From the NCBI GenBank assembly GCA_951406725.2, contig OX597830.1, positions 62,496,001 to 62,560,000 of the forward strand: a DNA stretch of 64,000 nucleotides, read 5' to 3'. This DNA is from Octopus vulgaris (Eukaryota). How positions within the stretch are numbered: the first letter of the stretch is position 1; the number at the start of each line of letters is the position of its first letter. This document shows positions 41,345 through 53,372 of this stretch, in pieces. A program made the translations under genes and the position numbers. Under the pieces are notes generated by a model that was not told the DNA's origin, made no database searches, and saw only the letters and a list, made by a program, of their open reading frames with translations.

Positions 41345-41712
41345 CATATATATATATACATACACACACACATACATACATTTATATATCACCACCACCA
41401 TCATTTAATGTCCATACACACACACACACACACATACACCAGTGTATGAGCAATCATATGTTGGCTATTTGGAAATGTACTTATGCCACCATGGATAATG
41501 TCAAGAAATATGGTTATACATACAATAATTATGAATTAACTTTGATCAAATTCATTGTTATTTTTTATACAAAATGATGAAAAGAATAGTAATTTTCAAA
41601 AGAAAAATATTTACTTTAAAGTTAAATAAAATAATATTCAAAAAGGGAAAGAAATTGAAAACAAAAGTTGATTTTATATGGAAGTTCTCAGACACCTTCA
41701 CTCTCTCTCTCT

Positions 41713-41751
<39 letters not shown>

Positions 41752-41891
41752 CACTTAGGCTTTGCAGTAAGGGCACTGATATTAATGCAGATTTATGCAA
41801 CACTGAAGACACACGTGTTCCATCCGTATACATTATAATTTCTCAAATCCACCGCGCAATCGCAGTTACAATCGGTGGCAAATAATAATAA

Positions 41892-42273
41892 CTAGCAGTA
41901 TCGCCCGGTGTTGCTCGGGTTTGTAAGGGAAATAACTATATAAGCATTTTTAGAGAGTTATAGCCAGAAAATAGCAAAAAAATCCATTAAAAATGGGAAA
42001 AAAATTAAGGTAAATTTTTTTTTTAAATCGTTGACACATCGTAGATATTTTTAGAGAGTTACTTCCCTTATATAATAGCGAAAAAATGCATTAAAATGGA
42101 AAAATATGATGGTAAATTTTTTTAAAATCGTAGACTCATCGTAGACGCGCGCTAATACCCAGAAGGGCTCGATATGAATCCCGACTATAAGACACTGCAC
42201 CACAAAATGTGGGAGTAGTTAGGAATCTAAATCGTAGGAGACAGACACACAACTTCACTTTTATATATAAAGA
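41892..42273 (-). mobile_element. Non-autonomous Helitron, internally rearranged variant
   Basis: Same termini; internal subrepeats differ. Confidence 0.88.
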
Positions 42274-42385
42274 TATAAGCCACGTAGTTATATACACATA
42301 CTTTGTTATATACACATTCTTAAAAGAAACTGTTATTTTGAACACAACATTTATAAAGAATAAAATATTTTTTGGTTTTTCTTAA

Positions 42386-43100
42386 CCCTTTCGTTACTAT
42401 ATTTCTGACCAAAATACACCCCTTATGTCTTTCAATTAATTTCTAACGTAATCATAAATTTAGTCTGGTTTCATTAAACAACTATAACTTTTTTATTTAT
42501 CAATATATTAACATGAATTTTGGAAGATAATTTAATGAAATGTTCTCAACCAATTCTATACTATAATTTTTGTCACAAAGTGACTCTAATTGCAGGTAGA
42601 TACAGGTAAATTCAACAAAATATAAAATTATTAAAATTTTGTTCAAACATCGCTATAGAAAATGGGTTATTAGCTAATATTCAGTTGGGTATACAATAAA
42701 ATTTTACGATAAGAATTTGTTATTCTGGGTAACTTTCTGATACCCATAATAATATTTATGGCAAAATAGGCCTTAATTTCATTTAAGGTTGTGGGAAATA
42801 ACAAACTCCTTTCTTTCGCTTTGTTTAGGTTTAGCGTAACGGTTCGTTTTTGCCGTAATGATTTCAAATAGGCTCATTCGAAAAAGTAAAAAGAAATAGT
42901 CTAAGGCTTTACTCTTCTGGGAAAGTCTGTGGCTTGGTCCAGTTTCTTCAGAAAAATCACCGAAAGAAACAGTTTTTAAATTTTCACTCCATTCAGGTGC
43001 CAATTCATTTTCTTTATCGCCGTCGGAGCTCCCGGATTCACTGTTTTCACTTTAATCGTTGCAAAGAGAAAGTCGTAGAAATTAGAGTGATAGCGTGAGT
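42386..43100 (-). mobile_element. piggyBac remnant (PGBD4-like transposase N-terminal fragment)
   Basis: TTAA|CCCTTTCGTTAC end; minus frames give ALDYFFLLF..SLFEII.AKTNRYA and TLNEIKAYFAINIIMGIRKLP. Confidence 0.82.
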
Positions 43101-43189
43101 GAATCAGATCGCTCCCTTTTTGTGTGTGTATGTGTGTGTGCATGTGCTATAGCCCACACTAAGAAAAGCACTTGACTAACACACCACAA

Positions 43190-43369
43190 TGTGAGTTTTC
43201 TCTAAATTTTGCTTAATTGGGGTTGAAATTTTAAAAACTGGACCTGGCACGACCCGATTTATTCTACTCTTAAAAATGCTAGGTAAATTGTAATTGAAGA
43301 AATCCTATATTGTAGATTTCTATAAGAGACAAAGGGAGGCAGATAAAATCTGCCTTTTATAATAAGAGA
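43190..43369 (-). mobile_element. Probable 5' end of another Helitron family
   Basis: Reverse complement begins A|TCTCTTATTATAAAAG, similar to the TCTTTATATATAAAAG start of the other copies. Confidence 0.45.
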
Positions 43370-44362
43370 TAATAATTAAAACTGCATACCAGTATATATA
43401 TAAAACAGAATTATTAGTGATGGATTATTGATCCTGGCAAAATACTTAATAAGCTCTCTGATTATGAACTTTGCTAACAACATTGCTTAGATTAGTAAAG
43501 AACTACGTATATGTATGTATACATGTGTGTGTGTATGTATATGTATGTGTTAGTATGTATATATATATATGTATATATATATGTATGTGTGTGTATGTGT
43601 ATCTGTATGTATGATGAGCATGGGAAGTGAACTTCAAAAGAATGCTAATGATTATATGATGGGCTTCTTTCAGTTTCCCTTTAGCAAATCCACATACAAG
43701 ACTTTGATTAGCTTGGGGGCTACAATAGAAGACACTTACACAAGGTACCACGCAGTGGAACTGAACCTGAAACTATGTAACTAGGAAGCAAACATCTTAA
43801 CCACACAGCCATGTCTGCACTCCTCTCTAAAGCACAAACCATTGAACAATAAAACAGTAAACAGACAACATGGTTGATATTCTGCTCTTGTTGGCTACAA
43901 TTACTGTTCTGCATCTATTTTCATTCTGGACGCTATCCAATCTGTCCTGTAACTATATAATGGGTAATCAATGTATTTGTATTGATTCACCTTGGATCGG
44001 TTCTCTGGTGTTATAAATACGAGTGCAAACACCATTTTTGGCTTGTGGATGGCTCGTTTCATTTTATTCCTACGTAGGAATTGTGATGCTGGGGAAATGT
44101 GAGTCAGGTACGATTTGTCAGCTCTGTAATATGCATTGACGTGAATGGTGGTGGGGTGTAGTTTAGTTGGAAGTATTTCTTGGGTGTTGGCCAGTAGGTG
44201 CAGAAGAGGAAGCTATATTTCTAGCAGCGTTGTCGTAATCGTTTACTTTAATGTCCACCTTTGTGTGCTGGCATGAGGCAGATTTTCTACAGCCAGGTTC
44301 TCTTTGTTGTGAATCCTTACCTGTGATTGGATTTGGTAGATGGAAACTGAAAGAAGCCCGTC

Positions 44363-44410
<48 letters not shown>

Positions 44411-44999
44411 GTGTGTGTGTGTGTATATATATATGTTTGTGTGTCTGTGTTTGTCCCGACAGAATAAGTACTAGGCTTACAAAGAATAAGTCCTGGGGTC
44501 GATTTGCTTGACTAAAGGCGGTGCTCCAGCATGGCCACAGTCAAATGACTGAAATGAGTAAAGGAGTAAAAGAGTCAATTTAAGAAATTTTCCTTTTTAA
44601 ATCAGTTTAAAGTATGGACTGTCCAAAGTTTTGTCTTCGATCTCAGCAACAGACCATTAAATGTGTTTATGGGGAGACAGATATTGAAAAACATCAATAA
44701 GTCTGACTGACTAATAAAGAGAGTACAAGGTGGTCATGAGGTGTGCTAAAAATAACAGCTAATTAGCCTTTACATCATGCACCAAAAAAAGATTTTTTGT
44801 GCGGACAGAGTTTGCATAATTGTATGAATTCCCTTGTATATAACATAAATTTGCAAAAGTTTTGTGAAAATTCCCAAAAAGTAGAAAAGCTATGAGAGGG
44901 TTATATGGCATACTAAAAGCAAAATTCCACCATCCAGTTTTCTCTCTCCATTAGAAATAATCACACCACTCATTTCTGTATTTGTTTTACTATCACCAG

Positions 45000-45083
45000 G
45001 TCATCTTTCTAGTGAACATCTATTCAGTGAAAACAGCATGTTTACGTGATCGAGCCCGGATAGTTCGCGAAATACTTCGCAAG
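45000..45083 (+). CDS. Uncharacterised Cys-rich C2H2-like membrane protein, first identified coding exon
   Basis: cag|VIFLVNIYSVKTACLRDRARIVREILRK|gtaagt; hydrophobic stretch then C-x-R-x-R-x-R; no in-frame ATG, so an upstream exon is required. Confidence 0.8.
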
Positions 45084-45127
45084 GTAAGTCTTTTTTGAAA
45101 AATATTTTCTTCCATTTGTGGTGAATT

Positions 45128-48100
45128 ATGAACAGAAACTCAGCCAAAGACCTAGGCTGCGTTCCCCCAACGGGTGCTATCCGCCTTGGACGACCTGGCC
45201 CAAAACCTAGGCTCATCAAGCTGTCTTTTTCGGACCACACTGAGGCAACCTCTTACCATCTGGCCTCAGTTAAAGCTGGGCGTGAAAATCGGACCACCTT
45301 CCGAACACGCCCAGGCTTACCGTCCGATCTACGTCCGAAGCTACGTGTAGCGGCTTCCCTGAATAGGAACTAGCTCTACAGGAAAGCTTCAGTCTTCGGG
45401 AAGATGGACAAATCTGAAGATTTGTCAAGACTGATGAAACGTGGAAGAGAGATACCAGCTGGTCTGAGTGCTCTCTACCCACAATAACTAAAAAGACTAC
45501 AGCAACTCAGGGAAACTAAGCCAGGACAATCTGCCATCCTCCACACACCATCATAAACTGCGAGCAGGGTACAAATTGTTGTCCTTAAATGCTCGCAGTT
45601 TATGCAACAAAATACATTTGTTCAACGCCTACGTCAGAAGTGTTGACCCTGACTTCATCACTGTCACGGAAACATGGGCGCATTCCTTACTCTGTGATGG
45701 GGTTTTCAACATCACGGGGTACAACCTCTTCCGTAAGGACCGCACTAACCGCCGTGGTGGTGGTGTGATGGTCTACGTTCATTCAAATTTTTTGGTAATT
45801 CCTTGTGCCGATTTGAACGAATCACAAGAAGAAGTTTTTTTCTGTGACGTACGTATGACCATGTCAACACTCCTGCTTGGCGTTGTTTATCGTCCCCCAA
45901 ATTACCATCAGGACACACAGCTTTGCAACATCCTCCGAGCTGCAGCCAGGAAAACAGCCACTTATGTGTTTATTGCAGGCGATTTCAATCATCCTGAGAT
46001 CGATTGGGAAACCTTCCGTTGGCCACAGAGTGCAAACGATTTTGTTGAGCTTGTGCTGGACTCAAACTGGTCACAAGTAGTCACCTCTCCAACAAGAGGC
46101 GACAACACCTTGGACCTGCTCTTCACCACAACTCCTGAAGCGGTTATCAATTGCACTACGGAGGAACCTCTAGGTGACTCTGATCATGCTATGATCATCG
46201 CCAATCTGGCTCTTGCGGGCAACAAACACCTGAACCATCTCCAATCTGCTTCCTTCGATTGGAAGAGAGCAGATTGGAACCTATACCACACTGAACTACA
46301 GCACCCAAACTGGCGTGAATTCTACAACTCTGGAGATGTGAATACTATACTCCAGAGTATCCTGGACTCAATATGGGCAGCATGTGCAGCATCAGTGCCA
46401 CGTAAACAAAAAAAGAAGAACCGCCCCAAAAGGGCAATTTGGGAAACTTCAGCGGTCCGACTTGCCAGGAAGGAACGTCGGACTGCTGAACAGGAATACA
46501 AGTTGCATAAATCAGACACCAACAGGAAGAAGCGGAATAAATCCTCCAACCATCTCAAGCAAGTGACAAAAAATGCAGTGCTTGAATTTGAACAGTGCAT
46601 AGCAGCCAATCCTGACAGCAAGGTTTTCTGGAAATGTGTGCATTCAAAGCAGAGACTTCACTCTCCAGTGGGCCCTCTTCGCAACCCTCACACGAACCAG
46701 ATCACTGACGACCCCAAGGAATGCGCAGAACTCATTGCCGAGTGCTATGCAAACATATTCACTGTCAAAAGGCAAAATGTACCATCTTCACCATCACTAA
46801 CAGCAAACTCCATAACAACTATGGAATTTACACCTGCAATGCTGCAACGTCACCTTCAAAATAAGCGCAACTATGCCTCCCCTGGTCTCGATGGAGTTAC
46901 ATACCTGCTTCTCAAACGTGGCAGGCACTTCCTTTTACACCAGCTTTCTATTTTCTTCCAGTACTGTCTCAACAATGGTGCTACTCCGGAGCAGTGGAAA
47001 ACTGCCAGTGTCATTCCTCTGTTCAAAAAGGGTGACCGCACATCACCTGTCAACTATCGCCCAGTCAGTCTCACTAGCTGTATTGCAAAACTGATGGAAT
47101 CGTGTGTCAGAGAAACACTCTGGAACTTCTGGAGCTCTCACAGTCTCATCCGACCCTCACAATATGGATTTGTCCCTAACTCCAGCTGCAGTGACCAGCT
47201 TGTCGAGTTCCTTGAGGACATTACTCAGATCACTGACAGTGGCTCATGGGTGGATGTTGTCTACCTTGACTTTGCTAAGGCTTTCAACTCTGTGCCACAC
47301 AAAAGGCTTATGGTGAAACTCTCTGCAATGGGTGTGGGGGATGACCTTTTTAACTGGTTGAAATCCTTCATCCTCAGCCGAAAGGAGGTAGTCACAGTTC
47401 TAGGACAGCACTCTACACCATATGAGATGTCATCGGGTGTACCACAGGGATCTGTCCTTGGTCCCCTCCTGTTTGTGGCATACCTTAATGACATAGATGC
47501 CAATTTAAAGAATACCACAGTATTGAAATATGTAGACGTCATCAAGCTGTACCTTGAAATCAAGAGGACTGATCCTGATGTCTACAACTCTTTCCTGCAA
47601 TCAGACCTAGACACAATGCAGCAATGGATCACAGACTGGCAACTGAAACTGGCTGTGGACAAGTGTACCACCATGCATTTTGGGAGAAAAAACCCTGCGT
47701 CCACATACTCCCTCCACAACACTGATATCAAGAAATCCTCTTGCGAGCGTGACCTAGGCATCACTGTCAGCAGTGATTTGCGTTGGACAAAGCATATCTC
47801 TAAAATTGTCAAGAAGGCCGAGGGTGTCTTGGCATCACTCAGCAAGACTTTTGTTAGCCACTCTCCAGCCATCTATTTAAAACTGTATACAGCTATGGTA
47901 CGACCGCACTTGGAATTCGCATCATCAGTTTGGAATCCCTATCTTGCTCAGAACATTGACCTCCTGGAATCTGTCCAGAGACGTGCAACCAAACGCATAC
48001 CCTCCATCAGACACCTACCATATTTTGAGTGCCTTGTTTCCCTGGGCATGGATTCACTGAAGCTCCGGCGTCTGGCAACGGACTTGGTAAACACCCACAA

Positions 48101-48415
48101 GGTTATCAACCACCTCACCAACAACAACACTGAACACCTTTTTGATCTCCATGTGTCTAACACACGTGGACATGCCTACAAAGTCAGAAAACAGCACAGC
48201 TCCCATGACTTTCGGAAACATTTTTTCACGCTCAGGGTTGCTGAAGCGTGGAATAAACTGCCTGCATCAGTTGTTGACTGCCATGACACTGCATCCTTTA
48301 AGGCCCTCATGCTTTCCGAAATCCATCGAAACTACACCTGATTATATATACACTTTAGATGAGTTGTAGTGCACCTGAGCACTGTACACAATTATTATTA
48401 TTATTATTATTATTT
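45128..48415 (+). mobile_element. CR1-clade LINE, 5'-truncated: ORF1 remnant, ORF2, short 3' UTR and (ATT)n tail; intronic, sense orientation
   Basis: ORF1-like 'AIRLGRPGPKPRLIKLSF' with downstream stops; APE plus RT ORF; 3' end gttgtagtgcacctgagcactgtacaca(att)n. Confidence 0.93.
45576..48341 (+). CDS. LINE ORF2 (APE endonuclease plus reverse transcriptase), open but with a mutated catalytic motif
   Basis: NARSL, VTETW, RKDR..RGGGV, GDFN, LDL, SDH; NYRPVSLTS, DFAKAFN, SGVPQGSVLGPLLF; YVDV where YADD is expected. Confidence 0.92.
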   Translation: MLSLNARSLCNKIHLFNAYVRSVDPDFITVTETWAHSLLCDGVFNITGYNLFRKDRTNRRGGGVMVYVHSNFLVIPCADLNESQEEVFFCDVRMTMSTLLLGVVYRPPNYHQDTQLCNILRAAARKTATYVFIAGDFNHPEIDWETFRWPQSANDFVELVLDSNWSQVVTSPTRGDNTLDLLFTTTPEAVINCTTEEPLGDSDHAMIIANLALAGNKHLNHLQSASFDWKRADWNLYHTELQHPNWREFYNSGDVNTILQSILDSIWAACAASVPRKQKKKNRPKRAIWETSAVRLARKERRTAEQEYKLHKSDTNRKKRNKSSNHLKQVTKNAVLEFEQCIAANPDSKVFWKCVHSKQRLHSPVGPLRNPHTNQITDDPKECAELIAECYANIFTVKRQNVPSSPSLTANSITTMEFTPAMLQRHLQNKRNYASPGLDGVTYLLLKRGRHFLLHQLSIFFQYCLNNGATPEQWKTASVIPLFKKGDRTSPVNYRPVSLTSCIAKLMESCVRETLWNFWSSHSLIRPSQYGFVPNSSCSDQLVEFLEDITQITDSGSWVDVVYLDFAKAFNSVPHKRLMVKLSAMGVGDDLFNWLKSFILSRKEVVTVLGQHSTPYEMSSGVPQGSVLGPLLFVAYLNDIDANLKNTTVLKYVDVIKLYLEIKRTDPDVYNSFLQSDLDTMQQWITDWQLKLAVDKCTTMHFGRKNPASTYSLHNTDIKKSSCERDLGITVSSDLRWTKHISKIVKKAEGVLASLSKTFVSHSPAIYLKLYTAMVRPHLEFASSVWNPYLAQNIDLLESVQRRATKRIPSIRHLPYFECLVSLGMDSLKLRRLATDLVNTHKVINHLTNNNTEHLFDLHVSNTRGHAYKVRKQHSSHDFRKHFFTLRVAEAWNKLPASVVDCHDTASFKALMLSEIHRNYT

Positions 48416-48711
48416 TTTATACATCAGTATGGTTGTATGATTGTAATTAGTTACAGGGATGTCCACTGCTACATCATGGCTGGGGTAACATTGTCTACAG
48501 TTGTGATTAATTTCTGCAGTGTCTGCAGCTCAGGTGATTGGAGCACAACTCTGTACAATTGCGATTAGGCACTGCATTGTACAAACAGTCCTCAGAAAAT
48601 TTCAAAGAAGCCATCATGCCCTTAGTGAGGTCAATGAAAATGTTGCATAAGACCAACATTTTTTCCTCACATTTCTCCTGAAACTGGTTATAAAATATGA
48701 AGTCCCTTTTA

Positions 48712-48916
48712 TTGGGTTGGTGCATAGATATTGCAGATTTTTTTTCAATAAATTTTATTCAACAAAACCAATAACAGCATTTAACAAAAACATCTTTAAA
48801 TGATTATTCCAAAGTATATTCACCATCTCCTTCAATTTCTGCTTGGCGTTTTGTTTAAATTTTTTGTTGAATAAAATTTATTGGGGAAAAAAAGCCGCAA
48901 TAATGCACCAACCTAA
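48712..48916. mobile_element. Mariner-derived MITE (TTAGGTTGGTGCA-type TIR, MADE1-like termini)
   Basis: TA|ttgggttggtgca...tgcaccaacctaa|TA; about 55-bp imperfect TIRs. Confidence 0.85.
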
Positions 48917-48938
48917 TAAATGTGTCAGAACAAAGCTA

Positions 48939-49504
48939 CTGGGTTGTCCAGAAAGTTCGTACCGATTTATAGTAGCTTACCTTTCAACTTATTTTAGAAC
49001 ATGGTTGAGTCCATAAAATAGGATTTGACTACACGTCCATTTAGAGCACAGTTTAAGCTGTCTTTTTGTGGAAGAAGGTTTATGTTCCTGTAACCTGTGT
49101 TAATTCTGTAACCCTTTAAAATGGAAGATAAAAAAGTTCATTTTCGGAACTTGATGCTTTGGGAACCAGACAAAAATTGCTGCAGCTTGGCTGAGATCTG
49201 TTACCCCACCCTCCATATTCACCAGATATTGCTCCTATGGATTTCCACTTATTCAGGTCTCTGCAGAATAGTCTTAATGGTAAAAAGTTCAATTCCTTGG
49301 ATGACGTAAAAAGATACCTTGATGAATTCTTTGCCATGAAACCACCCCAATTCTGGGAAGAGGGTATTTTCAAGTTAAGGGAAAGATGGAGACGCATTGT
49401 GCAACAAAATGGTTCATATTTGGTTGATTAAAAATGTAAAGGCAAGTATTTATTGACCTTTTTCTTTCCTTCAAAAATCGGCATGAACTTTCCGGACAAC
49501 CCAA
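48939..49504 (+). mobile_element. Internally deleted mariner (non-autonomous)
   Basis: TA-flanked TIRs (tgggttgtcc-gaaagttcgt...); N-terminal MEDKKVHFR..MLW fused to C-terminal HPPYSPDIAP.DFHLFRSLQNSLNG. Confidence 0.92.
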
Positions 49505-50352
49505 TACATCCCCTGAGTCCTGCCAACATGGGAAAGTGAATGTGAAATGGCATTGCTGCTGATTGAGCATTAATATGTGGATGACCTGGGGTTGAACTGC
49601 TTGCATGTTGGACAAAATGCTTAACAGTTCTTCTGGTTCTTTATGTTCTGAGGTCAAACACTGCCAAAACCAACACTGTCCGTCATCCTCCTTTCGGAGT
49701 TGATAAAATACGTAACAATCAAGATTTGTGGTCAATGCAACTGGATTTTCTACTTCCCACAAAACTACTGATCTTGTGCTAAAATCATTATTATTATTAT
49801 TATAAGGCAGCGGGCTGGTAGAATTGTTAGCATGCTGGGCGAAATGCTTAGTAGTATTTCATCTGCCACTACGTTCTGAGTTCAAATTCTGCTGAGGTCC
49901 ACTTTGCCTGTCATCCTTTCGGGGCGATAAATAAATTACCAGTTGAGTACTGGAGTTGATGTAATCTCCCCCACCCCCCACCCAAATTCAAACCTTGTGC
50001 CTATAGCAGAAAGGATTATTATCATTATCATTATTATTATTAAGGCAGCAAGCTGGCAGAATCGTTAGCGTGCTGGACAAAGTGCTTAGTGGTATTTCTT
50101 CTGCCGCTATGTTCTGAGTTCAAATTCCGCTGAGGTCGACTTCGTCTTTCGTTCTCTCAGCGTCGATAAAATAAGTACCAGTTATGCACTGGGGTCGATG
50201 TAATCAACTTAATCCCTTCCCCCAAATTTGAGGCCTTGTGCCTATAATAGAAAGGATTATTATTATTAGTGAAAGGGGAATAGTGGTGATTGCTGTATTT
50301 TACCATATTGTTTCTTCTGCTTTCATTTTTCTTTTTCTTTTTTTTCCTCCAG

Positions 50353-50562
50353 AGAATCTTCAAATCTTTCAAAGACACCAAAGTTGACATGCCATATTCC
50401 TGCCCATTCACAGAAGAGCGAGATGTCTACATTATACAAGAACGGCAGAAATACATGAAGTCTTTAACCAAATGGCATTGCTCCTTCTGTGGCAAAGAAT
50501 TCTATGGAGAAAACTATCTCGACAAACACTTTGATAACAGACACCCACAATATGTCCGAACG
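50353..50562 (+). CDS. C2H2-like membrane protein exon carrying the C2H2 motif; GC donor
   Basis: cag|RIFKSFKDTKVDMPYSCPFTEERDVYIIQERQKYMKSLTKWHCSFCGKEFYGENYLDKHFDNRHPQYVRT|gcaagt; CxxC-x12-H-x4-H. Confidence 0.9.
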
Positions 50563-50633
50563 GCAAGTTATTTTCATTTTTTTGTTTCTTTACCATTTTT
50601 CCGTTTTAGAACTGATAAAAAATAATTCATGTA

Positions 50634-50972
50634 TGACGACGGACTTGGTAAACACCCACAAAGTTATCAACCACCTCACCAACAACAACACTGAACACCT
50701 TTTTGATCTCCATGTGTCTAACACACGTGGACATGCCTACAAAGTCAGAAAACAACACAGCTCCCATGACTTTCGGAAACATTTTTTCACGCTCAGAGTT
50801 GCTGAAGCATGGAACAAACTGCCTGCGTCAGTTGTTGACTGCCATGACACTGCATCCTTTAAGGCCCTCATGCTTTCCGAAATCTGCCGAAACTACACCT
50901 GATTATATATACACTTTAGATGAGTTGTAGTGCACCTGAGCACTGTACACAATTATTATTATTATTATTATT
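50634..50972 (+). mobile_element. 5'-truncated copy of the same CR1 family (3' end only)
   Basis: Near-identical to about 48075-48410 (roughly 9 mismatches by eye); same (ATT)n tail. Confidence 0.93.
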
Positions 50973-51012
50973 TTATATAGGCAGAGGCATGGTTTCTGTG
51001 AGTAAGAAACTT

Positions 51013-51211
51013 GGATCTTTACCTTTTGACCGACAGATTTTTTAAATAACTACAACTTCAACGTGAAATAACTTCATAAATATAAGTTTTTCTCAAAAAT
51101 GCTAAGAGTAAAATATGTTTTATCTGACATGTACTACCAGTGTCTGAAGTTTGAAAGTGTTTAGTTACAAAAAATTATTCTTTAAATCTGTCGGTCAAAA
51201 GGTAAAGATCC
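51013..51211. mobile_element. MITE related to the foldback, 8-bp TSD, inserted into a SINE
   Basis: AGAAACTT|GGATCTTTACCTTTTGACCGACAGATTT...AGATCC|AGAAACTT; shares gaagttt.aaagtgtttagtta with 33598-33619. Confidence 0.88.
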
Positions 51212-51781
51212 AGAAACTTGCTTTCAAAGCACATGGTTTTGGGTTCAGTCCCACTGAGTGTCACCTTGGATAAGTACTTTGTATTATAGCCTTGGGCTAA
51301 CCGAAGCCTTTTGAGTGGATTTGGTAGAGCGAAACTGAAAGATGCCCATCATGTGTGTATCCTTAGTTTGAAGTCATGTGATAGTTGTAAATGATTATCA
51401 CTGTCATACAATCGGTGTCATTCAGCGAGAATATGTCTGGTCATGGGACAATACTACCTTACTTGGAAAGGCTGCAAGCTGGCAGAATCGTTAGCATGCT
51501 AAACAAAACTCTTAACGACATTTCACCCGTTTTGTGTTCCATGGTCAAATTCTGTCGAGATCCACTTTGCCTGTCATCCTTTCGGTGTTGATAAAATGTG
51601 TACTAGTTAAACGTTGGGGGTTTGATGTAATCGACCCCCCCACCTCTGAAATTGTTGGCCTCGTGCTAAAATTTGAAATCGGCATTATCTTGCTTTGGAC
51701 ACAGGTAGGTACCCCCAAAATAAACTCCGTCCAACCCATGCAAGCACAGAAAAGTGGACATTGAACGGTGATTAGGAAGAG

Positions 51782-51943
51782 CACTAGCGTAGCTAGAGTG
51801 TGTGCCACCCGGGGCAGCCCTTGTTTGTTGACCCCGGACCCCACAAAAAGCACATATTCCCTACAGCAGACCCAAAAGTGGTGCCCCGTTAAAAGTGCCA
51901 CCCAAGGCAGACTGCCCACCACTACCCCCAAGCTACGCTAGTG
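51782..51943. mobile_element. Short GC-rich MITE
   Basis: Perfect 13-bp TIRs CACTAGCGTAGCT / AGCTACGCTAGTG. Confidence 0.7.
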
Positions 51944-53372
51944 ATGAGGAGGAATAGAACTGTAGTAATTAGTTATTCAGGTGCAGATGCAGCTTTGCGA
52001 ACTTTGTAACCACATGGTTTCAGGTTCAGTCCTACAGTCTGACACCTTAGGCAAGTTTCTTTTTTTTTTTTTATAGCCTGGATGAGGATGAATGATCGAT
52101 GCTTTTCTGAGTGAAATTTTTGTTGACCAAATGTAGAATATTTTGTTCTTTTATCTTTTACTTATTTCAATCATTAGACTTTACTCACACTGGGGCACCA
52201 TCTTGGAGGGTTTAATCTAACAAATTCACCCCCAGTACTTATTTTTTAAGTCTGTAACTTATTCTATTGATCTCTTTTGCTGAACATCTAAAAAACAGGG
52301 ACATAAACCAACCAACACCATTCGTTGAGCAGTGAGTGGAAACAAACACAAAGTCATACACCAATGTGTGTGTGTGACCAATGCTGGACACCTTTTTGTT
52401 CCTCAATACTATGCCCCCCATCTCCATCCACCCCAGTTGAGGGGGCATGGTATGCAAGTTATTTGGTGACCTCACTGCTGCTGGTCCCACATAAAATGCA
52501 CCCAGTTCACTCTGTAGAGCAGTCGACATTAGAAAGGGCACCCAGCCATAAAAGCCAAAACAGACATCAGAGCTTGGTTCAGTCTTCTGTTCCTGTCAAA
52601 CTGTCCAGCCTCTGCCAGTATGGGAAATTGAATTTAAATGATGAAGATGACTATAATATAATATATATAATAGGCACAGGTGTGGCTGTGTGACAAGAAG
52701 TTTGCTTTCCAATCTCGTGGTTCCTGGTTCAGTCCCACTGCATGGTACATTGGGCAAGTGTTTTTTACTATCACCTCAGGCTGACCAAAATCTTGTGAAT
52801 GAATCTGGTAAATCGAAACTGAGAGAAGCCTGTCATATATGTGTATGTCTATATATACCAGTGTCACGCAAATGGCACTTCTGCTGGTGGAATGTAAAAG
52901 CACCCATTACACTCTCGGAGTGGTTGGTGTGAGGAAGGGCATCCAGCTGTAGAAAACCATGCCAAACCAGACTGGAGCCTGGTGCAACCTTCCACCTTGC
53001 CATCTCTGGTCAAACCGTCCGACCCATGCTAGCATGGACAATGGACGTTAAATGATGATGATTATGATGTGTGTGTATGTCTCTGTGTCTATTTGTCCCC
53101 TACTACCACTTGACAACTGGTGTTGGTGTGTCCCCGTAACTTTGCAGCTCAGCAAAAGAAACTGATAGGATAAGCACCGGGCTTAAACAAATAAGTGCTG
53201 GGGTCAATACATTCGACTAAAAGTCCTTCAAAGCGATGCTCCAGCATGGCTGCAATCTAACCAGTAAGAGGTAAAAGAGGAAAAAAAAAAACCCCTAAAA
53301 GATGAAGAAACCAAAAGCTACATGTTTGTATTAAAGTGACGTCCCTGATAAGAGCCAGGATTTATTTTGCAG

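Noticed and set aside
43870-44016. ATG in good context followed by hydrophobic MVDILLLLATITVLHLF, a tempting signal-peptide exon for the membrane-protein gene
   Set aside because: The available donor (G|gtaatc) is phase 1, which is incompatible with the phase 0 acceptor at 45000.
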